Of a stretch of 64,000 nt of DNA, positions 31,336-44,206 are shown piece after piece. A program made the translations under genes and the position numbers. The notes beneath the pieces are model-generated. The model was not told the origin of the DNA, did no database searches, and saw nothing but the letters and a program-made list of their open reading frames with translations. Within the stretch, counting starts at the first letter, position 1, and each line of letters begins with the position of its first letter. Origin of the DNA: Sulfurovaceae bacterium (GTDB lineage: Bacteria; Campylobacterota; Campylobacteria; Campylobacterales; Sulfurovaceae); assembly GCA_963785375.1 (NCBI GenBank), contig CAWAVD010000004.1, positions 181,533-245,532 on the forward strand, in the 5' to 3' direction.

Positions 31336-32097
31336 ATGAAAAGAATAGTCATTAAAGTAGGGTCTCATGTATTAACGGAAAATGGTGCTATTGCCAAGCC
31401 AAGAATGTTGGCTTTAGTACAGTTGATTTCTGAACTTAAAGCAAATAAGTATGATGTGATCTTAGTGAGTTCAGGGGCTGTATCAGCAGGATATACACAA
31501 TTGCCATTAGATAGAAGCATAGTGGCAAATAAGCAGGCCCTTGCTGCTATAGGTCAACCACTGCTTCTTAAAATGTATCAAGAGAAGTTTGCCAGATTTG
31601 ATTTGCTCTGTTCGCAAGTACTGTTAAGTGCAGATGTTTTTGGAGAACCTGAACATATTGCACATGCTAAAGTTGCTATAGATACACTTTTAAAAAACAA
31701 TGTTGTACCTATCATCAATGAAAATGATACAGTCAGTGTTGAAGAATTGGTTTTTGGTGACAATGACAGACTCTCTGCACATGTAGCACACTACTTTGAT
31801 GCGGCACTACTTGTTATCCTTTCAGACATCGATGCCTTTTATGATAAGGACCCAAATAAATATGATGATGCCAAACGTAGAGCTATCGTAAACAGGATAG
31901 AAGAGGATGAACTCAATGCTGAACATACGCCTAATAATGAATTTGCTACAGGTGGGATTGTGACAAAACTCCAATCTGCAGATTTTTTAATGAGACATGA
32001 AAGAGAGATGTTTTTGGCAAGTGGATTTGATCTTAATGATGTGAAGGCTTTTCTTGTAGATGGAGAGCATAAAGGTGGAACACTTTTTAAAGCCTAA
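31336..32097 (+). CDS. proB: Glutamate 5-kinase (no PUA domain), copy 2
   Basis: [21 protein letters not shown] and TGGIVTKL motifs. Confidence 0.95.
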   Translation: MKRIVIKVGSHVLTENGAIAKPRMLALVQLISELKANKYDVILVSSGAVSAGYTQLPLDRSIVANKQALAAIGQPLLLKMYQEKFARFDLLCSQVLLSADVFGEPEHIAHAKVAIDTLLKNNVVPIINENDTVSVEELVFGDNDRLSAHVAHYFDAALLVILSDIDAFYDKDPNKYDDAKRRAIVNRIEEDELNAEHTPNNEFATGGIVTKLQSADFLMRHEREMFLASGFDLNDVKAFLVDGEHKGGTLFKA

Positions 32098-32127
32098 ATG
32101 CCCTAATTTATAATTAAGAAGAATAGA

Positions 32128-33042
32128 ATGAAATATAAAATAGTTTACATGGGAACACCCCACTATGCAGAAGCGATACTTAAGATACTTATAGAAGCTG
32201 AAGACATGGATGTATCTTTGGTTTTAACACAACCTGACCGTCCAGTAGGACGGAAAAAGGTTTTGACACCACCACCAGTGAAGGTATTAGCAATAGAGCA
32301 TGGTATTACTGTTCTGCAGCCTAGCCGTCTAAGTGATGAAGGTATAGAAGATGCTATCAAGAAAGCAAATCCTGATTTTATAGTCGTAGCAGCATTTGGA
32401 CAGATATTGCCTAAAAATGTATTGGACATTGCTCCTTGTATCAACTTACATGCTTCACTCTTACCTCAGTATAGAGGTGCATCTCCAGTACAACAGTCTT
32501 TACTTAATGGCGATGAAAAAACAGGTGTGACTTCTATGCTTATGGAGGAAGGATTGGATACAGGTCCTATGTTAGAAAAAATAGAATTTGCCATACCAGC
32601 AGAGATGCGTCTACATGACTTGATGGCACAATTGACTTCTGATGCATGCCAACTCACGCTAAGCACTATTCGCAAATATAAGCATATCACAGCCCAACCT
32701 CAAGATGAAACAAAAGCAACACTTTGCAAAAAAATCAAAAAGAGTGATGGTCAAGTAGATTTTGAAGATGCAAAAGTGATCTATAATAAGTACCGTGCAT
32801 TTGAAGGCTGGCCAGGTATATTTACTGCAAATGGTACAAAGTTGGATGGAATCAGTCTAGTCAATACAACATCTAATAATAATGCTTTAAAGATTCTTTC
32901 ATTTGACAATGATGCAGTTGTGATAGGGTGCACTAAAGGAGCTTTGAGAATAGAAAGTCTACAACCTGCATCTAAAAAAATGATGTCTGCAAAAGCATAC
33001 TGTGCTGGAAGGGGAATGAAAGTTGGAGATACATTACTTTAA
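32128..33042 (+). CDS. fmt: Methionyl-tRNA formyltransferase
   Basis: YMGTP, TQPDRP, NLHASLLPQYRGASP. Confidence 0.97.
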   Translation: MKYKIVYMGTPHYAEAILKILIEAEDMDVSLVLTQPDRPVGRKKVLTPPPVKVLAIEHGITVLQPSRLSDEGIEDAIKKANPDFIVVAAFGQILPKNVLDIAPCINLHASLLPQYRGASPVQQSLLNGDEKTGVTSMLMEEGLDTGPMLEKIEFAIPAEMRLHDLMAQLTSDACQLTLSTIRKYKHITAQPQDETKATLCKKIKKSDGQVDFEDAKVIYNKYRAFEGWPGIFTANGTKLDGISLVNTTSNNNALKILSFDNDAVVIGCTKGALRIESLQPASKKMMSAKAYCAGRGMKVGDTLL

Positions 33043-33658
33043 ATCCCTTCCTTCTACGCAAAAGTATTTGATTGAAGCTTTAAAAGAGGAAAGAATACAT
33101 TCACCCGTAGCTGTTATCAGTGATGAACAAAATGAAGGTGTAGGAAGTAGAGATAATAGTTGGTCCGGAGGAGAAGGAAACTTTTTTGCTTCTCTAGCAT
33201 TAGAGCTAGATAAACTTCCTGAAGACCTACCGTTAGGTTCTGCTTCTATCTATTTTTCTTTTATCATGAAACAGACACTTGAGTCACTTGGTGAAAATAT
33301 CTGGTTAAAATGGCCAAATGACTTCTATCTAAATGATGATAAAGTAGGTGGGACCATTACGACAAAAGTGAATAATACTTTAGTGTGCGGAATTGGAATA
33401 AATTTAAAAAAATCACAAAATGGCTATAGAGCCTTACAGTGCGATATTTCACCAGAAATTCTATTGAAGAATTACCTTCAGAGAGTCGAAAAGTTTCCAA
33501 AATGGAAGCAAATATTTAGTGAGTATGAGATAGAATTTGAACTAAGTAGAAAGTTTTCAGTTCATATTGAAAACTATCAAAAGAGCCTCTCAGATGCCAC
33601 ATTATGTGAGGACGGTTCTTTAATTATAGAAGGCAAGAGGGTGTTTAGTTTACGATGA
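33023..33658 (+). CDS. birA: Biotin--acetyl-CoA-carboxylase ligase
   Basis: STQ, GVGSR, LKWPND, KVGG and GIGIN motifs. Confidence 0.93.
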   Translation: MEIHYFKSLPSTQKYLIEALKEERIHSPVAVISDEQNEGVGSRDNSWSGGEGNFFASLALELDKLPEDLPLGSASIYFSFIMKQTLESLGENIWLKWPNDFYLNDDKVGGTITTKVNNTLVCGIGINLKKSQNGYRALQCDISPEILLKNYLQRVEKFPKWKQIFSEYEIEFELSRKFSVHIENYQKSLSDATLCEDGSLIIEGKRVFSLR

Positions 33659-34440
33659 GCGAAGTAATTAGCATAGCCAACCAAAAAGGTGGCGTAGGAA
33701 AAACAACAACAGCAGTAAATTTAGCAGCCTCTCTGGCCGAGAAGGGTAAAAAAGTTCTTCTTTTAGATATTGACCCACAATCCAATGCAACAACAAGCTT
33801 GGGCTTTAGTAGAGGAGATTATGAATATAATATCTATCATGTACTCATAGGGAGTAAAAAGCTTTCAGAAGTTGTACTTAAAACACAGATAAAAAACCTT
33901 AAACTTGTTCCCTCAAATATTGGATTGGTTGGTATAGAAAAAGAGTTTTACAATCCTAACGCAAAAAATAGAGAGTTGGTACTTAAGGAAAAAATCAAAG
34001 AGCTTTCTTCAAAGTTTGATTTTATTATTATCGATTCACCACCAGCGCTTGGACCTATTACTATCAATGCTTTGAGTGCTTCTGATTCTGTGATTATTCC
34101 CATTCAATGTGAGTTCTTTGCACTTGAGGGGCTTGCGCAATTACTGAATACTGTAAGTCTTTTGAAAAAAACAATTAATCCAAAACTCAAAATAAAAGGT
34201 TTTTTACCAACGATGTATTCAGGGCAGAATAACCTTTCAAAACAGGTATTAGCTGATTTAAGTCATCATTTCAAAGATAAGCTTTTTCATGTCAAAAAAG
34301 GGAAAGAATGTATTGTCGTTCCGCGTAATGTAAAAATAGCCGAGAGTCCAAGCTTTGGTAAACCAGTGACTTCTTATGCAGTCAATTCCAAAGGTTCTGT
34401 CGCTTATAAAAATTTGGCAACAGTCATAGCAAGAGGCTAA
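33655..34440 (+). CDS. parA: Chromosome partition ATPase ParA/Soj
   Basis: NQKGGVGKTT, DIDPQSN, QCEFFALEG. Confidence 0.96.
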   Translation: MSEVISIANQKGGVGKTTTAVNLAASLAEKGKKVLLLDIDPQSNATTSLGFSRGDYEYNIYHVLIGSKKLSEVVLKTQIKNLKLVPSNIGLVGIEKEFYNPNAKNRELVLKEKIKELSSKFDFIIIDSPPALGPITINALSASDSVIIPIQCEFFALEGLAQLLNTVSLLKKTINPKLKIKGFLPTMYSGQNNLSKQVLADLSHHFKDKLFHVKKGKECIVVPRNVKIAESPSFGKPVTSYAVNSKGSVAYKNLATVIARG

Positions 34441-34442
34441 TC

Positions 34443-35354
34443 ATGGCATTAGGTAGAGGACTTGGAGAGATCCTATCGGAAGTAGAAGAAGCATATGCGA
34501 AAGACCTTCGAGATATTGATAATTTTGAACTTGAATCACAAGGGGCTAAGGTAGAAAACTTACCTGTTGACAGTATTTCAGAGAACCCTTATCAGCCGCG
34601 TAAGCATTTTGATGAACAAGCACTTAAAGAGTTAAGTCAGTCAATTGTAGATCATGGACTGCTTCAGCCTATTGTTGTTATTGAAAAAGAAGATGGGTAT
34701 CTGCTTATTGCAGGAGAGCGTCGTCTTAGAGCACATAAGTTAGCAAAACTGACAAATATCAAAGCGATCATAGCAAATGCTCAGATTGATGAAGTAAGAC
34801 TCCGTGAGCTTGCCCTGGTTGAAAATATACAAAGAGAAAACCTTAATGCAATAGAGCTTGCAAACTCATATTCAGAGTTGATAGATGTACATAATATCAC
34901 ACATGAAGAACTCTCTTCAATTGTACATAAAAGCCGTTCACAAATCACAAATACAATGCGTCTTCTAAGCTTATCCCCTTATGCACAAAAACAGCTTACA
35001 GAAAGTAAGATATCTCAGGGACATGCAAAAATTTTAATTGGCCTCGATGAGAAAAAACAAAAAATAGTTATAGACAGTATAATAGGTCAAAAACTATCAG
35101 TACGCGATACAGAAAATATGGTGAAGAAGTACAAGGATAATATAGCTGAAGATATACCTAAAAAAGTCACACCGAGCCTACTCGAAAATTATGCAGATGT
35201 TTTGGCAGAGACTTTACCGTTTAAGCATAAGCTAAAAGCAAAAAGTATTGAAATTAGCTTTGAGAATGAAAAAGAGGTCGAAGATTTCTTGGCACAGCTT
35301 TCAGCAATGAATGATAAGAGGATCAATACGTTATTTAAACGTATGCTAAAATAA
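34443..35354 (+). CDS. parB: Chromosome partition protein ParB/Spo0J
   Basis: ALGRGL, NPYQPRK, IAGERRLRA, ENIQRENL. Confidence 0.96.
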   Translation: MALGRGLGEILSEVEEAYAKDLRDIDNFELESQGAKVENLPVDSISENPYQPRKHFDEQALKELSQSIVDHGLLQPIVVIEKEDGYLLIAGERRLRAHKLAKLTNIKAIIANAQIDEVRLRELALVENIQRENLNAIELANSYSELIDVHNITHEELSSIVHKSRSQITNTMRLLSLSPYAQKQLTESKISQGHAKILIGLDEKKQKIVIDSIIGQKLSVRDTENMVKKYKDNIAEDIPKKVTPSLLENYADVLAETLPFKHKLKAKSIEISFENEKEVEDFLAQLSAMNDKRINTLFKRMLK

Positions 35355-35456
35355 ATTCTACACATCCCTTTTATATTTTAACGAATAAGGATCAATTTTA
35401 ATCATATCCTCATGACAATAATGGTAAAATATTGCGAAATTACATGAGGAGTTTTA

Positions 35457-35879
35457 ATGCTTGACATACATTTACCATTGATGTTGTTCGTATTAGCTTT
35501 GTTTTTAACCCTACTTGTTCTTTTAAATAATATGTTATATCAGCCATTAGTTAAATTTATGGATGACAGAGATCACTCAATAGCAAATGATTTAGAAGCT
35601 GCAAAAGGTCTTAGTGGCAACAGTGACGAACTAAATGCAAAGGCAGATGAAATTATTAGCAATGCTAAAAATGAAGCTGCAGGAATCAGACAGAAAGCAA
35701 TTGATGACCAAAAAACATTAGCTGCAAGTAAGATTGAGACCAAACAAAATGAATTAGAAACTGAGTATAACAAGTTTGTAGAAAAGCTTAACTCTGACAA
35801 AGAGAACCTAAAAAATTCTCTTATTTCTCAAATGCCTCTTTTTAAAGAGAGCCTAAAAGCTAAATTTAGCAAACTATAA
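35457..35879 (+). CDS. ATP synthase F0 subunit b'
   Basis: N-terminal TM helix plus coiled coil; first gene of the atp cluster. Confidence 0.9.
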   Translation: MLDIHLPLMLFVLALFLTLLVLLNNMLYQPLVKFMDDRDHSIANDLEAAKGLSGNSDELNAKADEIISNAKNEAAGIRQKAIDDQKTLAASKIETKQNELETEYNKFVEKLNSDKENLKNSLISQMPLFKESLKAKFSKL

Positions 35880-35888
35880 GAAGAAGGG

Positions 35889-36440
35889 ATGAATATGAAA
35901 AAAATAGTACTATTGTCTTTACTTATGGTACCTGCTATTCTTTTAGCTAGTGGTGGTGACGCAGAGACTAGCCGTTACTTTGCTCAAACTGGTAGAGAGA
36001 CAGACTTTTTACCAAGAGCTTTTAACTTTATTATCTTCGCAGCACTGCTCTACTATTTACTTGCTAACCCGATTAAAAACTTTTTTAAAGGTAGAAGTGA
36101 AGGAATTGCAGCGCAATTAAATGAGATTGAAAATAAACTTCAAGCTGCTAAAGATGAGAAAAAAGAAGCACAGAATCGTTTAGATGAAAGTGAAAAAAAA
36201 GCAGAAGAAATTATTGCAGATGCAAAAGCAGAAGCAGTTATTCTAGCTGAAAAAATCGCTATTGCAAATCAAAATGATTTAGCTTTATTAGTTAAACAAC
36301 TTGAAGAGAAAATGTCTTTAGAAGAGAGAAAGTCAGCAAGAGATGTAATTGATGAGATATTGAGTGAGAATATCACTTCTGATGACATTATGATAGATGA
36401 AGCTAAAGTTGTTGAAATTATATCTAAGAAGGTGGCATAA
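35889..36440 (+). CDS. atpF: ATP synthase F0 subunit b
   Basis: RAFNFIIFAALLYYL TM helix plus coiled coil. Confidence 0.92.
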   Translation: MNMKKIVLLSLLMVPAILLASGGDAETSRYFAQTGRETDFLPRAFNFIIFAALLYYLLANPIKNFFKGRSEGIAAQLNEIENKLQAAKDEKKEAQNRLDESEKKAEEIIADAKAEAVILAEKIAIANQNDLALLVKQLEEKMSLEERKSARDVIDEILSENITSDDIMIDEAKVVEIISKKVA

Positions 36441-36964
36441 TGGAAGAATTAATTGCTAAAAGATATGCAAAAGCACTCTCTTCTGTATCTAAAGACCTTG
36501 CGGGAACATTAGATGTACTTAATGTTCTGAGTGAAGCGATAAGTAGCTCTGATATTAAGTCAACTTTGACATCCCCAATCATCTCAGGTGGGCAAAAGAC
36601 AGAAATGATCTTAAGTGCACTTAGTGATGATGATACTACACTTGTGAACTTCATAAAGATTTTAGGTGAGAACGGAAGACTTGATTTAATCCCTGCGATT
36701 ACAAAAGTGCTTAACACGGATCAGCAAAGAGTTTCAAATGAATATGAGGGTGTATTGAAAAGTGCAAGATTACTTGAAGAAGCAGCATTGACTGATCTTG
36801 AAGAGACACTTAAAAAGTATACAGGTTCAACGATTAAATTGACACAAAAGAAAAGTGACTTTGAAGGGTTGCGTGTATCAGTGGATGATTTGGGTATAGA
36901 GGTAAACTTCTCTAAACAGAGAGTTAAAGAACAATTAATTGATTTCATTAAGAAATCTTTATAG
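36440..36964 (+). CDS. atpH: ATP synthase F1 delta
   Basis: IAKRYAKAL; operon position. Confidence 0.93.
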   Translation: MEELIAKRYAKALSSVSKDLAGTLDVLNVLSEAISSSDIKSTLTSPIISGGQKTEMILSALSDDDTTLVNFIKILGENGRLDLIPAITKVLNTDQQRVSNEYEGVLKSARLLEEAALTDLEETLKKYTGSTIKLTQKKSDFEGLRVSVDDLGIEVNFSKQRVKEQLIDFIKKSL

Positions 36965-36987
36965 TTATCTAACAGAAAGGAGTATCA

Positions 36988-38502
36988 GTGGCAGTTAAAT
37001 TGCAAGCAGATGAGATAAGTTCGATCATCAAAGAAAGAATTGAGAATTTTGAAATTGATGTTGACATCAATGAAATAGGAAAAGTAGTAGGTATCGCAGA
37101 CGGTATTTCAACAGTATATGGTCTTAACAATGTTATGGCTGGTGAAGTTGTAGAGTTTGAAAATGGTGCTAAAGGACTTGTATTAAACCTTGAAGAAGCA
37201 AACGTTGGTGTTGTTGTTCTTGGTTCAAGTGCAGGTATCAAAGAAGGTATGAGCGTTAAAAGAGCAGGAGATCTTCTTAAGACACCAGTTGGTGACGGTA
37301 TGATAGGTAGAGTAGTAAACCCACTTGGTGAACCAATTGATGGTAAGGGTGCAGTTGAAGTAACTGAGCATAGATTTATCGAAGAGAAAGCACCTGGGAT
37401 CATGGCTAGAAAGTCAGTCCATGAACCACTTCAAACTGGTATTAAAGCGATTGATGCACTTGTACCGGTTGGTAGAGGGCAAAGAGAACTGATCATTGGT
37501 GATAGACAAACAGGTAAAACAACATTGGCTATTGATACGATCATCAATCAAAAAGGTCAAGATGTTGTATGTATCTATGTTGCTATCGGTCAAAAGCAAT
37601 CAACGGTAGCTGCTACTGTGAAGAAACTTGAAGAGCATGGTGCAATGGATTATACGATTATTGTGACTGCTGGTGCAGCTGACTCTTCAGCACTTCAGTT
37701 CCTTGCTCCATATGCAGGTGTAACTATGGCTGAGTACTTTAGAGATAATGGTAGACATGCAGTTATCTTCTATGATGACCTATCTAAGCACGCGGTTGCA
37801 TATAGAGAAATGTCATTGATCCTTAGAAGACCTCCAGGTAGAGAAGCATATCCAGGTGATGTTTTCTATCTTCATTCAAGACTTCTTGAAAGAGCTGCAA
37901 AACTTTCTGATGAACTAGGTGCTGGTTCAATTACTGCATTCCCTATCATTGAAACTCAAGCAGGTGATGTTGCGGCATATATTCCAACAAACGTTATTTC
38001 TATTACAGACGGTCAGATATTCCTTGAAACTGACTTGTTTAACTCAGGTATCAGACCAGCAATCAACGTAGGTCTTTCAGTGTCAAGAGTTGGTGGTGCT
38101 GCTCAAATTAAAGCAACAAAACAAGTTTCTGGTACATTGAGACTTGACCTTGCATCATTTAGAGAACTTCAAGCATTTGCACAGTTCGCATCGGATCTTG
38201 ATGACTATACTAGAGGTCAGCTAGAGCGTGGTCAAAGAATGGTAGAGGTACTTAAGCAAGGACCTTATCAGCCAGTTGCGATTGAAAAGCAAGTTGTGAT
38301 CATATTTGCAGGTGCAAATGGGTATCTTGATGATATTGCTGCATCTTCTGTAACGAAATTTGAAGCAGACCTTATGCCATTTATGGAAGCAAAATATGCA
38401 AATATTCTTGATGCTATCAGAAGTGAGAAAAAGATCTCTGATGATACAGATGGAGAATTACGTAAAGCTATCGAAGACTTTAAAGCTTCATTTGCTGGAT
38501 AA
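36988..38502 (+). CDS. atpA: ATP synthase F1 alpha
   Basis: [23 protein letters not shown]. Confidence 0.98.
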   Translation: MAVKLQADEISSIIKERIENFEIDVDINEIGKVVGIADGISTVYGLNNVMAGEVVEFENGAKGLVLNLEEANVGVVVLGSSAGIKEGMSVKRAGDLLKTPVGDGMIGRVVNPLGEPIDGKGAVEVTEHRFIEEKAPGIMARKSVHEPLQTGIKAIDALVPVGRGQRELIIGDRQTGKTTLAIDTIINQKGQDVVCIYVAIGQKQSTVAATVKKLEEHGAMDYTIIVTAGAADSSALQFLAPYAGVTMAEYFRDNGRHAVIFYDDLSKHAVAYREMSLILRRPPGREAYPGDVFYLHSRLLERAAKLSDELGAGSITAFPIIETQAGDVAAYIPTNVISITDGQIFLETDLFNSGIRPAINVGLSVSRVGGAAQIKATKQVSGTLRLDLASFRELQAFAQFASDLDDYTRGQLERGQRMVEVLKQGPYQPVAIEKQVVIIFAGANGYLDDIAASSVTKFEADLMPFMEAKYANILDAIRSEKKISDDTDGELRKAIEDFKASFAG

Positions 38503-38514
38503 GAAAGGCTTAAA

Positions 38515-40817
<2,303 letters not shown>

Positions 40818-40846
40818 TCTTAGTTCTTGTCTTATAAAGGATAATT

Positions 40847-41233
40847 ATGGAACTTATGAAGCTAGAAATAGTCACACCAAACGGTGTGATTTTTGACGCT
40901 GAAGTAAAGCAAGTAACATTACCAGGGTCTGAGGGTGAGTTTGGTGTTTTAGCCAATCATGCTACTTTGGTATCGTTACTCGATACAGGTGTGATCGTAA
41001 TCGAGAAAGAAGATGGGAGTGAAGTAGCTGTGGCTATTAACTCTGGATATGTAAAAGTCGATGAAGAAAAAACAACTTGTATCGTAGATGGTGCAGTTGC
41101 TCTTTCTGGCGATGATAGTGATCTTGCAAAAGCACTTGAAGCGGCAAAAGAGTTACTTAAGAGTACAGAATCTTCTAATACAGCTATTGCTGCAGCGGTA
41201 AGCAAAGTTGAACAAATTGGAAAGTCTTTCTAA
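40847..41233 (+). CDS. atpC: ATP synthase F1 epsilon
   Basis: LEIVTP, GEFGVLANH. Confidence 0.96.
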   Translation: MELMKLEIVTPNGVIFDAEVKQVTLPGSEGEFGVLANHATLVSLLDTGVIVIEKEDGSEVAVAINSGYVKVDEEKTTCIVDGAVALSGDDSDLAKALEAAKELLKSTESSNTAIAAAVSKVEQIGKSF

Positions 41234-41234
41234 G

Positions 41235-41810
41235 TTGGAATCTCTCGCTACTTATTTCTTTGAAAGCAGTGCAATCACTATTTTTGTACTGCTTTTACTC
41301 TCAGTTTATTTTATTGCTACATTTTGGGTATTTTTAGATAGATTTTATATCTTAAATGCACGTATCGCTTCTGAAGCCAAATCACTTAAAGCACTCTACA
41401 CAGGTCAGTCAAAATCAGTGGCCAGTAATTCACTTATTTTTACTTATCTGTCTCGTGTTAATACACCCAATAAAGCGATACTTGGAGCAGCATCATCAGA
41501 TGCAATACGAGTTTCTACAAAAGGACTTACTTGGCTTTCTATCATTGCCTCTACCTCACCATTTATCGGTCTTTTTGGTACAGTTGTAGGGATACTTGAA
41601 ACATTTACTAAATTGGGAACACAGTCAAGTGCTTCTTTAAGTGTTGTTGCCCCGGCTATATCTGAAGCACTGATAGCTACAGCTGCAGGTATTGCAGTGG
41701 CTATATTTGCCTATTCATTCCATCTGATACTTAAGCGTAAAGCTTATGAATTAAGTTCATTGCTCTCTTCTCAGTCAGAAGTAATCCTATCTCAGGTTAA
41801 TGGGGACTAA
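41235..41810 (+). CDS. MotA/TolQ/ExbB proton channel
   Basis: SPFIGLFGTVVGI, APAISEALIATAAG; TTG start at 41235 just after the atpC stop. Confidence 0.92.
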   Translation: MESLATYFFESSAITIFVLLLLSVYFIATFWVFLDRFYILNARIASEAKSLKALYTGQSKSVASNSLIFTYLSRVNTPNKAILGAASSDAIRVSTKGLTWLSIIASTSPFIGLFGTVVGILETFTKLGTQSSASLSVVAPAISEALIATAAGIAVAIFAYSFHLILKRKAYELSSLLSSQSEVILSQVNGD

Positions 41811-41812
41811 GC

Positions 41813-42199
41813 ATGTTTAGTTGGGATGATGATCCAGACTTGAACATTACACCTCTTGTAGATGTTATGCTGGTGTTGATGGCTATACTAATGGTCACTG
41901 CACCTACGATTACTTTTCAAGAACAGATAACCTTACCCCAAGGGTCTAAAACTGTAAAAGTTGACAAACCCAAAACACTTACCATACGTATGGATAAAGA
42001 TAAAAAGATTTATTTGGGTAAAGATACGTACGCCTTAGATACATTCGCAGATGATTTTGTCAATCAATCTGTAAAGTTTGATAAAAATGCTGAAGTGTAT
42101 ATACGAGCAGATGAAACATTAACGTATAAAAATGTGATGTATCTACTTAAAAGTGTTAAAGCTGCAGGTTTTGAGAAGGTCTCACTTATAACATTATGA
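41813..42199 (+). CDS. ExbD/TolR family protein
   Basis: NITPLVDVMLVL, IRADE. Confidence 0.93.
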   Translation: MFSWDDDPDLNITPLVDVMLVLMAILMVTAPTITFQEQITLPQGSKTVKVDKPKTLTIRMDKDKKIYLGKDTYALDTFADDFVNQSVKFDKNAEVYIRADETLTYKNVMYLLKSVKAAGFEKVSLITL

Positions 42200-42996
42200 T
42201 TAAAAAGTCTTCTACGCTTATATCAGGATTGTTGGCTTTTGGTATCTACTTTGGCGTTATTGCTTTAGTGCTCTTTTATTTTAATACACGTGATCAGAAA
42301 AAAGCAGTCCATTATGTTAAAAAAAATGAAGAACGTATACGTGTTTCTATGAGCTCTCCTAAACCAAAGGTACAAAAAGAGATTAAAAAACAACCGAATA
42401 AAATGCTGAAACCCAAACCTAAGCCAAAACCTAAAAAAACAGTTAAAAAGAAAGAGGTAAAGAAAAAAGTACCAAAAGAGAAAGTGGTTAAAAAAGCAAA
42501 AGTTGTAAAAAAGAAGAAAGATGTGAATACGACAAAACCTAAAAAAGTCAACATGCCTAAAGATCTTTTTGCCAATGTAACTTCAAAAAAGAAAATTGAA
42601 AAACCTAAACTTAAAGCAGAGAAGAAACCTGTAGAACCTAAAATAAATAATAATATAAAAGTATCTGAAAAGGTAAGTGCTACGGAATTGGTATCGAATA
42701 CATTAAAGGATCAAAAAAAGAGTGATTCTGGTATAGAGAATGCGTATTTGGCCATGATAGAAGAGAAACTTAAAGGTTGGCCTGCGCAAAGTGAATATGC
42801 TGGAGAAAAGGCAAAAGTATGGATTAAAGTAGAAACTAGTGGTGCATTTAGGTTCAAAGTGATCTCTGCATCAGGAAATGAAGCATTCAATTCAGGTCTT
42901 ATAGTGTATTTAAAACAGTTACAGAAGATTGGTTTTGGTCCACATAAGGGCAATAGACCTTATGTCTTAGATGTTGAATTTATTGCAAAATATTAG
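42196..42996 (+). CDS. TolA/TonB-like energy transducer
   Basis: TM anchor, Lys/Pro-rich linker, TonB C-terminal-like domain (SGNEAFN). Confidence 0.85.
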   Translation: MIKKSSTLISGLLAFGIYFGVIALVLFYFNTRDQKKAVHYVKKNEERIRVSMSSPKPKVQKEIKKQPNKMLKPKPKPKPKKTVKKKEVKKKVPKEKVVKKAKVVKKKKDVNTTKPKKVNMPKDLFANVTSKKKIEKPKLKAEKKPVEPKINNNIKVSEKVSATELVSNTLKDQKKSDSGIENAYLAMIEEKLKGWPAQSEYAGEKAKVWIKVETSGAFRFKVISASGNEAFNSGLIVYLKQLQKIGFGPHKGNRPYVLDVEFIAKY

Positions 42997-43004
42997 AGTA
43001 GAAG

Positions 43005-43856
43005 ATGAATAAAAAAATTGCATATCAAGGTGTACAGGGCGCCTATTCGGAACAAGCCTGCAAAAATGCTTATCCATCATACAGAACCATTGCTTGTGAT
43101 ACTTTTCATGAAGCGATGTGGATGGTAGAAAGTGGAGATGCAGATCTTGCTATGATTCCTTTGGAAAACTCAACTGCAGGAAGAGTTGAAGAAATATATA
43201 GGCTCATTCCTAAAATGTCACTTCATGTAATTGCTGAGCATTTTGAGCCGATTGTACATTGTTTACTTACACTTCCGGGTGTTAAAATTGAAGCATTAAA
43301 ATATGTTGCTTCTCATCCTCAGGCATTGGCACAGTGTCATAATCATATACTTTCTTTAGGATTAAAAGCAGAGGCAAAACTTGATACTGCTGGTGCTGCA
43401 AAAGAGTTGTTAGATCTACATAATCCAGAAAGAGCTGCTATTGCATCGAAATTAGCTGCAGAACTTTATGGATTACAGATAGTAAAAGAAAACTTTGAAG
43501 ATAAGCATGGAAATACGACACGATTTTTCATACTTTCAGGAGAAAAAAAAGTACCTCGTTATGAGACATCAAAAAGATATATTACTTCCTTGGTATTTCA
43601 GGTACAAAATATACCTGCAGCCCTTTATAAAGTCCTTGGAGGTTTTGCTAGTAATGGTATTAATCTTTTAAAGATAGAAAGTTACATGGGAACGCAAATG
43701 CTTCCAGGAAGTCAATTTCATATAGATATAGATGGGCACATTGATTCAGATATTATGAGAATCGCTTTAAAAGAAGTCTCATTTTTTGCAGAAGATGTAA
43801 GAATATTAGGTGTTTATGAAAGTCATAGAGATTATCAAATTGAATATATGATTTAG
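43005..43856 (+). CDS. pheA: Monofunctional prephenate dehydratase (PDT + ACT)
   Basis: IAYQGVQGAYS, PLENS, SHPQALAQC, NTTRF and KIES motifs; no chorismate mutase domain. Confidence 0.9.
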   Translation: MNKKIAYQGVQGAYSEQACKNAYPSYRTIACDTFHEAMWMVESGDADLAMIPLENSTAGRVEEIYRLIPKMSLHVIAEHFEPIVHCLLTLPGVKIEALKYVASHPQALAQCHNHILSLGLKAEAKLDTAGAAKELLDLHNPERAAIASKLAAELYGLQIVKENFEDKHGNTTRFFILSGEKKVPRYETSKRYITSLVFQVQNIPAALYKVLGGFASNGINLLKIESYMGTQMLPGSQFHIDIDGHIDSDIMRIALKEVSFFAEDVRILGVYESHRDYQIEYMI

Positions 43857-43919
43857 ATTTTGAGTTAGTTAGGACGGGTTGAGAACTTATGAATCCATAA
43901 AATAAATCTATCTTGAATT

Positions 43920-44183
43920 ACTCTTAGCATTCATCCCAACAGCTAAAGACCGCTGGGATGAATGCGTCTTGATATCTGCAATAGTTTGTGCTTTAATGTC
44001 TTATCCGAGGCTGGAACTGTTGAAAGTAACACCTTGCAGATATGAGTATATGAGACCTATGGGGAATAAGTTGGAGTTTGACCTCCGTAAAATCCCTATA
44101 GTGGTATTGTTGATAACCAAAACTTCCCAATGGGAAGACTCAGGCTAGAAAGCACAACCCTCTGGGGGGGGTGGGTAGTTCAC
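43920..44183 (+). mobile_element. Non-autonomous IS200/IS605-family mini-element (end hairpin, tnpB tail remnant, omegaRNA-like region, right end GGGTAGTTCAC)
   Basis: 12-bp stem gcattcatccca/tgggatgaatgc with a GCTAAAG loop; 3' end gaaagcacaaccctctggggggggtgggtagttcac; left boundary approximate. Confidence 0.75.
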
Positions 44184-44206
44184 ATAGTGTAACAATCTCA
44201 TTAGTA

